Shown here: positions 31,326-40,839 of the stretch, piece after piece
Numbering within the stretch: position 1 is the stretch's first letter
How the letters are laid out: each line of letters starts with the position of its first letter
Source: an uncultured Candidatus Rokubacteria bacterium
Lineage (GTDB): Bacteria; Methylomirabilota; Methylomirabilia; Rokubacteriales; CSP1-6
Direction of reading: 5' to 3'
NCBI GenBank assembly: GCA_963707305.1
Contig: CAVPPZ010000012.1
Span: 378,370-442,369, forward strand
Length of the DNA: 64,000 bases
Translations under genes and position numbers: made by a program
The notes under the pieces: generated by a model
Told to the model about the DNA's origin: nothing
Database searches by the model: none
What the model saw: the letters and a program-made list of their open reading frames with translations, nothing else

Positions 31326-31633
31326 TTGATCGGGAAGATCCCCGACTTGTCCGCCGTGAAGCGCACGTCCTTCGTCTTGTTGCCGTCCACCACTTCCTTG
31401 ACGTTGAAGGCGGCGATCTCGTAGCCGTGCTCATCGGCGTGCCGGTTGATGAGCTTGAGCGACACCGTGTCGCCCTTCTTCGCGACGAGGGAGGGCGGCT
31501 CCCAGATCTTCACCCCCTGCGGCGTCTCGATGTTCACGACCGTCAGCGTCACTTCCCCCGCGCTTCCGGGGATCGCGAGCCCCGTGATGCCGATCACCAG
31601 CGCGATGAGCAGGAGCGGGCGTCGAATCATCAT
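31274..31633 (-). CDS. cupredoxin-domain protein (exported)
   Basis: Signal peptide MMIRRPLLLIALVIGITGLA; ..NRHADEHGYEIAAF..GIFPIKCHLHPAHVVGQLLV (Cys/His copper-site-like pattern, no Met at the usual axial position). Confidence 0.65.
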   Translation of the reverse strand: MMIRRPLLLIALVIGITGLAIPGSAGEVTLTVVNIETPQGVKIWEPPSLVAKKGDTVSLKLINRHADEHGYEIAAFNVKEVVDGNKTKDVRFTADKSGIFPIKCHLHPAHVVGQLLVLD

Positions 31634-32806
31634 CCGTGGCCTCCTTGGAACTCCTCCTTCGCCTTCTTCACGAGCGCGGGGTCGGCGAGCAGGTCGTACG
31701 TCGTGCGCGCCATGACCTTCGCGGCCTGCAGCGTGCCCGTCCGCGCGAGCGGCGCGGCGGCCGCCGCCTCGAACGCGCGCGAGTGGATCGGGGTTCCCTC
31801 CGGCGCGATCTTCATGAGCGGCTGGATGCACGGCACGACCTGGCTCACGTTGCCGACGTCCGAGGAGCCGAGGCGGTCCTTCACCTCGGGCGACTCCGTC
31901 GCGCCGATCGCGTGGAGATTGGCGCGGAACGTCTCGAGCAGCGTCGCGTTCCGCTTCAGCGGCTCGTACGCGCTCTCGCCGTAGTCGATCACCTTCAGCG
32001 TGCGTGCCCGTGGCCTTCGCCGCGCCCTCCGCGCACGCGATCACGCGGCGGTGCAGGTCCCACATGTACGCGAGCTCCGCGGCGCGCACGTAGAAGAGGC
32101 ACGACGCGAACTCCGGGATGATGTTGGCGGCGGCGCCGCCGCTGGTGACGATGCCGTGAATGCGCGAGCTCGGCTTCACCTGCTGGCGGAGCATGCTGAC
32201 GTTGTTGAAGGTCTGGATGACCGCGTCCAGCGCGTTCACGCCTTCCCACGGATCGGCGGCGGCGTGGGCCGCCGTGCCGGTGAACTCGAAGGCGACGCGC
32301 ACGATGCCGAGCAGGTCCTGGTGGAGGATCCACTGGTCCCAGCCGTGACACATCATCGCCGCGTCGACGTCGCGGAAGACGCCGGCCTTGATGAGCTTGA
32401 CCTTGCCGCCGCCGCCTTCTTCCGCCGGCGTGCCGATGACCTGCACGCGGCCCTTCGGGAGCTGGTCGCGGACGGCGGCGAGCGCCGCGCCCGCGCCGGC
32501 GCCCGCGGTGGCGATCGCGTTGTGCCCGCAGGCGTGCCCGATCGCGGGCAGGGCGTCGTACTCGCACATGATCGCGATGGTGGGACCGACGCCGGTCTCG
32601 ATCGTGGCGCGGAAGGCGGTCTCGACGCCGCCGACGCCGCGCTCGACCTTGAGCCCCCGGCCGTCGAGGAACTCCGTGAGCCAGCCCGCCGCTCTGACTT
32701 CCTCGTACGCGAGCTCGGGGTTGGCGTGGATGGTGAGGGAGAGCTTCTCGAGGTCGTCGCCGAGACGGTCGACGGCCTGGTCGATGAGATCTTTCACGGC
32801 GCTCAT
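31630..32806 (-). CDS. M20-family amidohydrolase/peptidase, one frame break
   Basis: EYDALPAIGHACGHNAIA, GTPAEEGGGGK, ..GTAAHAAADPWEGVNALDA. Break ~32000. Confidence 0.8.
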
Positions 32807-33017
32807 GGGGTTCGCTCCGGGGGTCGTAGTGCCGCCGAGTATACTTCGGCCGGTCCACGGCGGGCGACGCCGGAGGGTGTAGGCTGAAATCCTCCTCGCT
32901 GTCGCCCTCCAGGTGGCGCTCCAGGCGCCGGGACTTCAGTGACACGAGTCGTTCGCCACGCTCGACACGTCGAAGGGTCCGTGCCATTCGGGCGGCCCGC
33001 GCAGGAAGGAACGACGA

Positions 33018-33482
33018 ATGACGACACGTACCTCGACGTGCACGAAGCGGCATGGAAACCACGGCGAATCCTGTGGAGGCGAGATCCGGCCTTCCTACAT
33101 CGGCGGGACGATTCTCGGCGAGCCACGAAAAGCCAGGGCCGATGACGTTCACCCGGCGCAGTGCCAGCGATGTGCCGCGGAATACGCCGACATGGTCTCG
33201 GTGCCGCTGACGCCGGCGGATCTCGCGCTGATCGGCGACCGGATGTCCGAGAGCACACGGCAAGGACTGAAGGCCGCCGCCACCGAGGGTGAACCCGGGG
33301 GCTACGCGATCGAGATGACGGAGGCCGCCGCCCGTGACCTCGCCGCCAAGACGGCGAATCTCGGCCTCACGGCGATCGCGGCCAAAGTCCGCGAGGAGTT
33401 GAACGGCCTCACGAGCCAACGCCGCCAGCGAAAAGGCGTGTCTGTCCTCGACAGCCTGGGAGCGGCGCCCCTGCTCGACTGA
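33018..33482 (+). CDS. hypothetical protein (possible Cys4 ribbon near N-terminus)
   Basis: 154-aa ORF in a lower-GC stretch, preceded at 32876 by GGTGTAGGCT. Cys pattern C-x10-C...C-x2-C. No recognisable domain. Confidence 0.35.
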   Translation: MTTRTSTCTKRHGNHGESCGGEIRPSYIGGTILGEPRKARADDVHPAQCQRCAAEYADMVSVPLTPADLALIGDRMSESTRQGLKAAATEGEPGGYAIEMTEAAARDLAAKTANLGLTAIAAKVREELNGLTSQRRQRKGVSVLDSLGAAPLLD

Positions 33483-33507
33483 CCCCGCCCATCCGGCGCA
33501 ACGGGCT

Positions 33508-33571
33508 GGTGTAGGCTCGGTGCCCACGCGCCCGTAGCTCAGTTGGATAGAGCGTCGGACTTCGAATCCGA
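33508..33571 (+). repeat. copy 1 of a 64-bp direct repeat (promoter-like GGTGTAGGCT plus tRNA-Arg positions 1-44)
   Basis: Matches 35130-35193 with 2 mismatches, both in the 20 nt upstream of the tRNA part. Confidence 0.9.
33528..33571 (+). pseudogene. tRNA-Arg(TCG) 5' half (acceptor 5' strand, D arm, anticodon arm); no T arm or 3' acceptor strand
   Basis: 44/44 identity to 35150-35193, then diverges into an unrelated hairpin (GGATAGAGCG 33545-33554 pairs with CGCTCTATCC 33582-33591). Confidence 0.85.
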
Positions 33572-33770
33572 CGAGGTTCGTCGCTCTATCCGTCAGCAGA
33601 TCATGTTCTCCATGTTCGACGAGTCGATGGACCACCTTGCGTGAACCATTGGGGTGAGAGCACCGCTTGACACGGCCTGACCCTCCTCCTAGATTGCCAC
33701 CCATCGTGGGCGGTACGGGGGCCGCGTCGCGACCACCAACCGGATCAGCAGGCACCGAAGGAGAACGGCC

Positions 33771-35016
33771 GTGATCAGACGGATTCTCGCATCGTCCATG
33801 GCCATCCTGATGACGGTCGCCGGCGCCCCGGCCTGGGCCGCGGACTGTGGCGACAAGGCGGGTGCGGGCGGCACGCGGGTCGCCTGCGCCTGCGGTGACA
33901 CGGTCATCACGAATGCCACGCTGAAGAGCGGCGATCCCGTGGTCAACGCGGTGTGCGCCGGGGTCGGGCTCAGCATCGGGGCCAACGACATCACCCTGAA
34001 CTGCAACGGGCGCGAAATCAGCGGCGACCCGGACGAGACCGGGATCCTGCTCGTCGACCGTACCGGGGTCACCGTGCGCACCTGCCGGATCAACGGCTTC
34101 TTCCATGGCATTCGGCTCTTCTCGAGCAGCGGCAACACGTTGCTCTCCAACACGATCACCCCCTTCGTCTTCGGGATCACTCTCGAGGTGGACAGCGACG
34201 ACAACCTCGTCAAGTCCAACCGCGTGGTGGCGCCCGGATTGGACGCCATCAACCTCGGATCCGCGAGCGGGAATCGGATCGTGAGCAACATCCTCGACGG
34301 CGCCGGCAGCGGCGGAGACGGGATCGACCTCGACGGCCTCGCGACCGGGAACACGGTGAAGGGCAACCAGGTCACGGGCTTCCTTGGCACGCGGGATCGA
34401 GCTGGACTTTGGGGGAGGCAACGTGGTCACCGAGAACGTTCCAGTGGCAATGGCATCGGGATCCGCGTTTCAACACTTGACGCCAACACCATCGAGCGCA
34501 ACACGACGGACAACAACGAATCCGAGGGTATCGAGGTCTTTGGTAACGGCCACACGATTGACAGGAACCGCGCCAGACGGAACGGCTTCAACGGCATCAC
34601 GGTGTCAGGGAACGGCAACACCGTCACGCGCAACACCACGGACTCCAACTCGGGGGCCGGGGATCGCCGTCGACGGTGACGACAATACTGTTGACCAGAA
34701 CCATGGGGAGGAGAACGGCTTCAGCGGCCTCGAGGTCGTCTTCGGGACCGGCAACCTCATCATGCGCAACACCTTCGACCGCAATTTTGAGGACGGTATC
34801 CACGTCTCCGCTGATGGCGGCACCATCGACGGGAATCGTGGCCGGAATAACGCCGATGATGGCCTCGAGGTCTCAGGGGCCGGCATCACCGTCTCGAACA
34901 ACACCTTTGACAGCAACGCCGACTGGGGGATTTGCGTCGTCATCGGCAACACGGACGGCGGAGGCAATCGCGCGCAGGGGAACGGCGGCGGCCAGACGAC
35001 CTTCGACTGCCTCTGA
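33771..35016 (+). CDS. secreted right-handed parallel beta-helix repeat protein (NosD/CASH-like), frame broken three times
   Basis: Signal peptide MIRRILASSMAILMTVAGAPAWA. About 22-aa repeats such as GNTVKGNQVTG, GNGHTIDRNRARRNGFNGITVSGNGNTVTRNT, GLEVSGAGITVSNNTFDSN. Breaks ~34385, ~34440, ~34660. Confidence 0.7.
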
Positions 35017-35129
35017 TCGGGGCTCCGTCAGGGTCCGCAGGCGCGGGCGAGGCGCGCCACGCTGAGGCCGGGGTACGCAGGCGGAATCGCACGTTGGTCA
35101 GGACGGGGAGCCGGCTGCGGGAGCCGCGT

Positions 35130-35193
35130 GGTGTAGGCTAGGGGCCCACGCGCCCGTAGCTCAGTTGGATAGAGCGTCGGACTTCGAATCCGA
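35130..35193 (+). repeat. copy 2 of the 64-bp direct repeat
   Basis: See 33508-33571. Confidence 0.9.
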
Positions 35194-35226
35194 AGGTCGG
35201 GGGTTCAATTCCTCCCGGGCGCACCA
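35150..35226 (+). tRNA. tRNA-Arg (anticodon TCG), CCA encoded
   Basis: Hand-folded cloverleaf: acceptor GCGCCCG/CGGGCGC, D stem GCTC/GAGC, anticodon arm TCGGA-CTTCGAA-TCCGA, T arm GGGGG-TTCAATT-CCTCC; 77 nt. Confidence 0.9.
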
Positions 35227-35257
35227 CGACATACGACCAGGCCTGGCCGCCGGTATC

Positions 35258-35924
35258 ATGGCGCTCGCCATGATCCAGCGTGCCTACCGACGGCTGACCA
35301 GTCTCCTCGCGCTCGTCCTCATCCTCGTCGTGCTCGACCGGGCGTCTTCCCGGTCGCGCCCGCGTTCACGCGCCTGCTGGTCGTCGCAGAGCCGCCTCGG
35401 CGCGCCGACGCGATCGTGGTTCTCGGCGGCGGCGTGCACGATGCCCAGACCCTGTCCGGCGACCACGACCACACGCCTCGTGCACGGCCTCCGGCTGCAT
35501 CACCGTGGGTATCGCGCCGGTCGTCATCCTCACCGGCGGCAACCCCGTCGATCCGTCGGTGCCCGAAGCGACCGTGATGGCGCTCGTGGCCGAGGAGGTG
35601 GGAAGCAAGCCCGGCGTCCTCGTCGTCGAGCGGACGGCCGCGCGCACGTTCACCCAGGGCGAAGCGGTCGCGCGCATCGCGCGCGAGCGCGGCATTCGCA
35701 GCATCCTGCTCGTCACGTCGGCGGAGCACTCGTATCGCTCCGTGCGTGTCTTCAGGAAGACCGGGCTCGACGTGATCTCCACGCCGGTCGTCGCCGCAGC
35801 GCCTGCCGCGGCTGTCGATCGTGCTGGAGCCTCAGGTACGTCTTCGCGCGCGTGTGCGCGCTCGCAGGGCGTCGCGTACGAGTCCGTCGCGCTCGCGCTC
35901 TACTGGTGGCGCGGCTGGCTGTGA
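35258..35924 (+). CDS. YdcF/DUF218 family protein, frame broken several times
   Basis: N-terminal TM; ..ADAIVVLGGGV.., ..PVVILTGGNP.., ..ILLVTSAEHSYRSVRVFRKTGLDV.., C-terminal YESVALALYWWRGWL. Breaks ~35340, ~35470, ~35800. Confidence 0.6.
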
Positions 35925-37066
35925 GCGGCGGCGCCGGCTGACACGGCGCGGGCGATGCGGCGGTCGATCGCGGGATGGGAGTAGAAGAGCCATTCCTTCA
36001 GCCGGTGGGGCCGTCGCTCGGCGAGGTTGAGGCGCGCGAGGCGTTCCATCGCGCCCACGAACCCGTCCGGATCGCCGGTGACACGCAGCGCGAAGTCGTC
36101 CGCTCGCCGCTCGATCCATCGCGAATAGGCGTTGCCGAGCGGCACGGCGATGAGCCCGACGCCGCCGAGCACGACGGCGAGCCACGGCAATCCCGCCGGG
36201 TCGGCGATGCCGTGCAGTCCCCACCACGCCACGCCGGCGTTCAGCGCGACACTCGCGACCGCGAAGCTCACGAGCGTCAGCGCGGCCTGCGCCGAGAGTC
36301 CGCGCCACATGTCGTGATGCACGTGATGGCCGAGCTCGTGCGCCAGCACCGCCTCGACCTCGCGGGGCGCGAAGTCGAGCATCGTGTCGAAGAGGAGGAT
36401 GCGTCGCGTGCGGCCGAGCCCCACCACGGCGGCGTTGGCGGTGCGGCTCTTGCGTGATTGATCCGCGACCCAGACGCCGATGACCGGCGCGCCGACGCGC
36501 GCCGCGAGTGCGAGCAGGCGTGTGCGGAGCGTCTCGTCGGCGAGCGGTGTGAGGCGATAGAAGAGCGGGACGATCCACACCGGCAGCACGACGGCGAGCG
36601 CGACGTACAGCGCGATGAAGACGAGCGCCGCCGCCAGCCACCACCACGCGGGCGTCGCGCGCAGCAGCGCGTAGACCACCTCGATGCCCGCGAGACCGAG
36701 GAGCGCGGACAGCGCGGCGGCCTTCCCCTGATCGACGAGCCAGGACGCGAGCGACTGGTGCAGGAGTCCGTAGCGCCGCGGCAGCCACCACCCGCGCACC
36801 CACGTGAGCGGCGCGACGAGCACGCGGTGGCCGGCGCCGAGGGTCGCCGCGACGAGCGCGACGTGCGCCCACCACGGCCACGCGGGGACCGCGCGTACGA
36901 TCATCGACGCCACGCCGCCGACGAGGACCGCACCGATATAAAGGACGCCGAGCGCGAACCCGCCGAGGCCGAGGACGAGCTGCACACGGTGGTAGCGCAC
37001 GGCGCGCCCCTCGTCCGGGGACCCCATGCCTCCATTGTGCGCCAGTGAGCTACAATGAACCGGCAT
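35900..37066 (-). CDS. M48-family (Ste24/HtpX-like) zinc metallopeptidase, membrane-bound
   Basis: HELGHHVHHD (HExxH) after multiple TM segments; alternative start at 37027. Confidence 0.8.
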   Translation of the reverse strand: MPVHCSSLAHNGGMGSPDEGRAVRYHRVQLVLGLGGFALGVLYIGAVLVGGVASMIVRAVPAWPWWAHVALVAATLGAGHRVLVAPLTWVRGWWLPRRYGLLHQSLASWLVDQGKAAALSALLGLAGIEVVYALLRATPAWWWLAAALVFIALYVALAVVLPVWIVPLFYRLTPLADETLRTRLLALAARVGAPVIGVWVADQSRKSRTANAAVVGLGRTRRILLFDTMLDFAPREVEAVLAHELGHHVHHDMWRGLSAQAALTLVSFAVASVALNAGVAWWGLHGIADPAGLPWLAVVLGGVGLIAVPLGNAYSRWIERRADDFALRVTGDPDGFVGAMERLARLNLAERRPHRLKEWLFYSHPAIDRRIARAVSAGAAAHSQPRHQ

Positions 37067-37095
37067 TCACAAAGCGTAAGGGGAGCCGACAAGAC

Positions 37096-38018
37096 ATGTT
37101 TCAGTCAGTCGAGGAGGTCCAGCAGCGGTTTCGCGACGCCAAGTACATCGCCACGCGGCGCATCTCGACCGTGGTGTACCTGGCGTCGCGCATGGGGCGC
37201 CCCGTGCTCATCGAGGGGCCGGCCGGCGTCGGCAAGACCGAGCTGGCCAAGACGCTGTGCCGAGATCTCCTCGCGCCCGCTGATCCGCCTGCAGTGCTAC
37301 GAAGGGCCTCGACGAAGGCAAGGCGCTCTACGAGTGGAAGTACGCCAAGCAGCTCCTCTACACGCAGCTCCTGCGCGAGCGCATCGGCGAGCTCGTTGCC
37401 GGCGCGCCGTCGCTGCCGGACGCGGTCGACAAGATCGCCGGGCAGGACGACGCGTTCTTCTCGTTCCGCTTCCTCTCGCCGCGGCCGCTGCTGGCGGCGA
37501 TTCTCGCGGAGAAGCCCACCGTGCTGCTGATCGACGAGATCGACAAGGGCGAGCCGGAGTTCGAGGCGTTCCTGCTCGAGGTCCTGTCGGACTTCCAGGT
37601 GTCGGTGCCCGAGCTCGGCACCATCCGCGCGCGGCACATCCCGTTCGTGGTGCTCACCTCGAACAACGCGCGTGAGCTGTCCGACGGCTTGAAGCGACGC
37701 TGCCTGCACCTCTTCATCGACTTTCCGGCGCCGGCCGAGGAGCTCGAGATCATCCGGCTCAAGGTGCCGGAGATTCCCGAGAAGCTCGCGGAAGCGGTCG
37801 TCGCGGCGGTCGGCAAGATCCGGGCCCTGGATCTGAGAAAGCCGCCGTCGATCTCGGAATCGCTCGACTGGGCGCGGTCGCTCGTGATCCTCAACGCCAA
37901 GCAGCTCAACGCGGAGCTGGTGGAGTCCACGCTGACCATGCTCGTGAAGTACGAGAAGGACCTGGAGCGGGTGAAGGGCGCGATCGACAAGGTGCTCGCC
38001 GACATCCCGCAGGCCTGA
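37096..38018 (+). CDS. MoxR-family AAA+ ATPase (CoxD-like), frame broken twice
   Basis: Walker A GPAGVGKT, Walker B VLLIDEIDK, ..FVVLTSNN... Breaks ~37258 and ~37305. Confidence 0.8.
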
Positions 38019-38019
38019 C

Positions 38020-39434
38020 GTGGACGAGCGCATCCTCGAGTTCATCGGCGACCTCCGCCGCGCGGAGGTGCGCATCTCGCCGTCGGAAGCGCTCGACGCC
38101 CTTGGCGCCACCGCCGAGATCGGGCTCGAGGACCGCGAGACGTTCAAGGCCGCCCTCGCGTCGACCCTCGTGAAGGAGGCCCGCGACCAGGCCACGTTCG
38201 ACCGCATCTTCAACCTCTACTTCCTCGACCTCGAGGCGCTCGGCGAAGGGCCTCAAGAAGGCGCTCGGGCCCGAGGACCCGAAGATGCAGCAGATGCTGG
38301 ATCAGCTCGCGAACGAGACCGACAACATGGATCTCGACGAGATGACCGAGCTGCTCCTGCGCGGGCAGGGGAGCGAGATGGAGATGGCCATCCGCTCCGG
38401 CAGTCAGAACGCGGGCCTCGAGCGCCTGATGTACTTCCTCCAGGTCGGCTACTTCTCGCGACGCATCCAGGACCAGTTCGACTGGTCGGCGATGGAGCGC
38501 GACCTCGAGAAGATCCTCCAGATGCTCGAGGCGAAAGGCCTCGACCCCGGCCAGCTCGCGCGCATTCGCAACTACCTGGAGCTGCGGCTCGAGGCGTTCC
38601 GCCGCATGATCCGCCAGCACGTCGAGCGCGAGCTCGAGCGTCGCGCGTGGCGGCAGGGCGAGAAGCTCACCCGCGAGGTGCTCGCCGACAAGCCGCTCTT
38701 CGCGCTGTCGCCGGACGAAGTGATGCAGATGAAGACGGTGGTGGCGCGGCTGGCCCGGAAGATCAAGGACGCGCTCGCGCTGCGCCAGCGCCAGGAGGAG
38801 AAGGGCCGGATCGACGCGCGGCGGACGATTCGCAAGAGTCTCCAGTACGGCGGCATACCGATGGAGGTCGTGCTGCGCCGGCGGCATCGGGAGAAGCCGC
38901 GGCTGGTCACCATCTGCGACGTCTCGGACTCCGTGCGCAACGCCTCGCGCTTCATGCTGCAGCTCGTGTGGAGCCTGCAGGAGTGCTTCAGCCGCGTGCA
39001 GTCGTACGTGTTCGTATCCGAGATCGCGGAAGTGACGCAGGCGTTCTCGAGCCTGCCGGTGGAGCGCGCGATCGAGTGGGCGCTCAAGGGCGCGCCGGTG
39101 GACTTCCACTGCCGGTCCGACTTCGGCTACGCCTTCAACCGCTTCGTGCGGACCGAGCTCGAGCGTCTCGACCGGCGCACGACCGTGATGATCCTCGGCG
39201 ACGCCCGCAACAACTACAACGACCCGCAGGCGTGGGCGATCCGCATGATCCGCGAGCGCGTCAAAGGCATCATCTGGCTCAACCCCGAAGGCCAGTGGGG
39301 CTGGGGCATCGGCGACTCCGTCATGCCGCTCTACGCCCCCCACTGCAACTTCGTGCGGGAGTGTCCGCACCATCGCGCAGCTCGGCGAAGCCGTCGACGG
39401 GCTCGTCCACCAGTGGTGGCGGCGAGGGCGGTAG
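38020..39434 (+). CDS. VWA-domain protein (CoxE-like partner of MoxR), frame broken twice
   Basis: MIDAS-like start LVTICDVSDSV; ..TVMILGDARNNYNDP... Breaks ~38250 and ~39370; corrected frame stops at TAG 39432-39434. Confidence 0.7.
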
Positions 39435-39629
39435 ATCTCACGGTGGCGGCGGGCCGACGATAAGGGCCCATCTGCGTCGTCAGCTCGTCGGGCCACTCCC
39501 TGCGGCGTACCGGAGTACGCCTCAGTCGGGCCGCTCCTCGCTTCCTAGCATCTGGACCCTTCTCGTCGACCCGGTCTCGCGTGTGCGGTGTCGGGGATCC
39601 TGGCGCTGGGATTGCAACTCAGTCGCTTC

Positions 39630-40307
39630 ATGAATGCCTCGCGCCTCGCTTCGCTCGGCGCATCGTGCGCGATTGGAATCGTGCTCCTCGGCGGCGCTGG
39701 CATCACCTCGACGGCGCAGGAGCAGTGCGTTGCCGTCGACGATTTCTCCAAGGCGGCTCTTGGAGAGTTCCCTGTCGGGTGGAAAGCGCGGAAGAACGAG
39801 GGGAAGAACGTCTACAAGGTCGCCGAGAACGACGGGCACCGGTTCCTGCGCGCGGACGCCAAGGACGCCGGCGTGCAGGCGGCGAAGCCGTTCGCGTGGG
39901 ATCTGAAGGAGTTTCCCGTGCTCACGTGGGCATGGCGGCCGCAGGAGTTCCCCGCCGGGGCCGACGAGCGGACCAAGAAGAACGACAGCTCGCTCGCCGT
40001 GTACGCGGTGTTTCCCCACTCGCCCGTGTCCGTGAAGTCCGTGAAATACATCTGGAGCGAGAAGGTGCCGCAAGGGACCCACCTTCCGCAGACGAACGGG
40101 AACACCCAGGGCGTGGTGCTGCGGACGGGCGGTGAGGTCGGGGGCGCGTGGGTCGAAGAGCGAGTGAACGTGCTCGAGGACTACAAGCGCTACTTCAAGA
40201 CCGACGACGCCCCGAAGCCGGAAGGCATCGGCGTCCTCACCGACAGCGACGACACGTCGAGCCGCGCCCGCGGCGACTACGCCCGCTTCCGCGTCTGCCG
40301 CGGCTGA
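39630..40307 (+). CDS. DUF3047 family exported protein
   Basis: Signal peptide; ..FPVGWKARKNEGKNVYKV..RFLRADAKDAGVQAAKPF.WDLKEFPVLTWAWR..NDSSLAVYAVF..VKYIWSEK. The ORF opens at 39588. Confidence 0.65.
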   Translation: MNASRLASLGASCAIGIVLLGGAGITSTAQEQCVAVDDFSKAALGEFPVGWKARKNEGKNVYKVAENDGHRFLRADAKDAGVQAAKPFAWDLKEFPVLTWAWRPQEFPAGADERTKKNDSSLAVYAVFPHSPVSVKSVKYIWSEKVPQGTHLPQTNGNTQGVVLRTGGEVGGAWVEERVNVLEDYKRYFKTDDAPKPEGIGVLTDSDDTSSRARGDYARFRVCRG

Positions 40308-40328
40308 GCGGGCGCGCGCCGGCGCGGC

Positions 40329-40835
40329 CTACCCGCGGAGCTTCCAGACGCGACCCTGGTCGGGCTCGCCGCTGAGCGTGAACTGCGGCAGCGCCATGTG
40401 GTCCGCGAGGTCCTGGAAGACGACGCGCACGCGCTTCCCGATCGCCACCTTCGCGGGGTCCTCGAACGACAGATCCGGCTTCACGAGGTTGGCGATGATG
40501 CGCAGGCCCTCATCCGCCGTCGGCGCGCCGCGCTGCTCGTCCATCTCGACGAGGACGGTGACGTACGGCGTGGCGTCCTTGAACCCGGGCTGGATGGCGT
40601 GATGGACGACCTCGTACGAGTAGACCGTGCCCGTGCCGCTCAGCTCCTGCCACGTCCACGCGAGGTCCATGCACCAGGGGCACGCGTGCAGGGCCGGATA
40701 GCGCATGAGGCCGCACGCCTTGCACTTGCGCACGACGAGCCTGTGCGCGCGCGCGTGCTCGTAGAACTCCTTCCACTCGCTGTCGTTGTCCGGAACGATC
40801 AGCGCCATGCCGCGGTAGGTGACCGGCTGGGGCAT
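40329..40835 (-). CDS. Zn-ribbon OB-fold protein (DUF35)
   Basis: CKACGLMRYPALHACPWC ribbon followed by an OB fold; directly downstream of a thiolase-like gene, the usual pairing. Confidence 0.8.
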   Translation of the reverse strand: MPQPVTYRGMALIVPDNDSEWKEFYEHARAHRLVVRKCKACGLMRYPALHACPWCMDLAWTWQELSGTGTVYSYEVVHHAIQPGFKDATPYVTVLVEMDEQRGAPTADEGLRIIANLVKPDLSFEDPAKVAIGKRVRVVFQDLADHMALPQFTLSGEPDQGRVWKLRG

Positions 40836-40839
40836 CGAG

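Noticed and set aside
33528-33600. Intron-containing or split tRNA-Arg
   Set aside because: No T arm or 3' acceptor strand follows within the next 1.6 kb in a way that would restore a cloverleaf, and a complete identical tRNA lies downstream. A duplicated 5' half is the simpler reading.
31995-34430. 811-aa minus-strand ORF spanning the M20 gene, the tRNA-half region and the beta-helix gene
   Set aside because: It crosses a tRNA-derived sequence and intergenic DNA. The translation is low-complexity, and better-supported genes exist on the same or the opposite strand for every segment.
32807-35226. Complete integrative genomic island at tRNA-Arg
   Set aside because: No integrase, excisionase, transposase or conjugation gene is visible. 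The repeat includes non-tRNA upstream sequence and the 5' half rather than the 3' half of the tRNA. Only a remnant or a duplication can be claimed.
35165-35260. N-terminal part of ORF 35165..35941 (MDRASDFESEGRGFNSSRAHH...)
   Set aside because: This is a translation of the tRNA-Arg gene itself. The YdcF-like gene starts after the tRNA (~35258).
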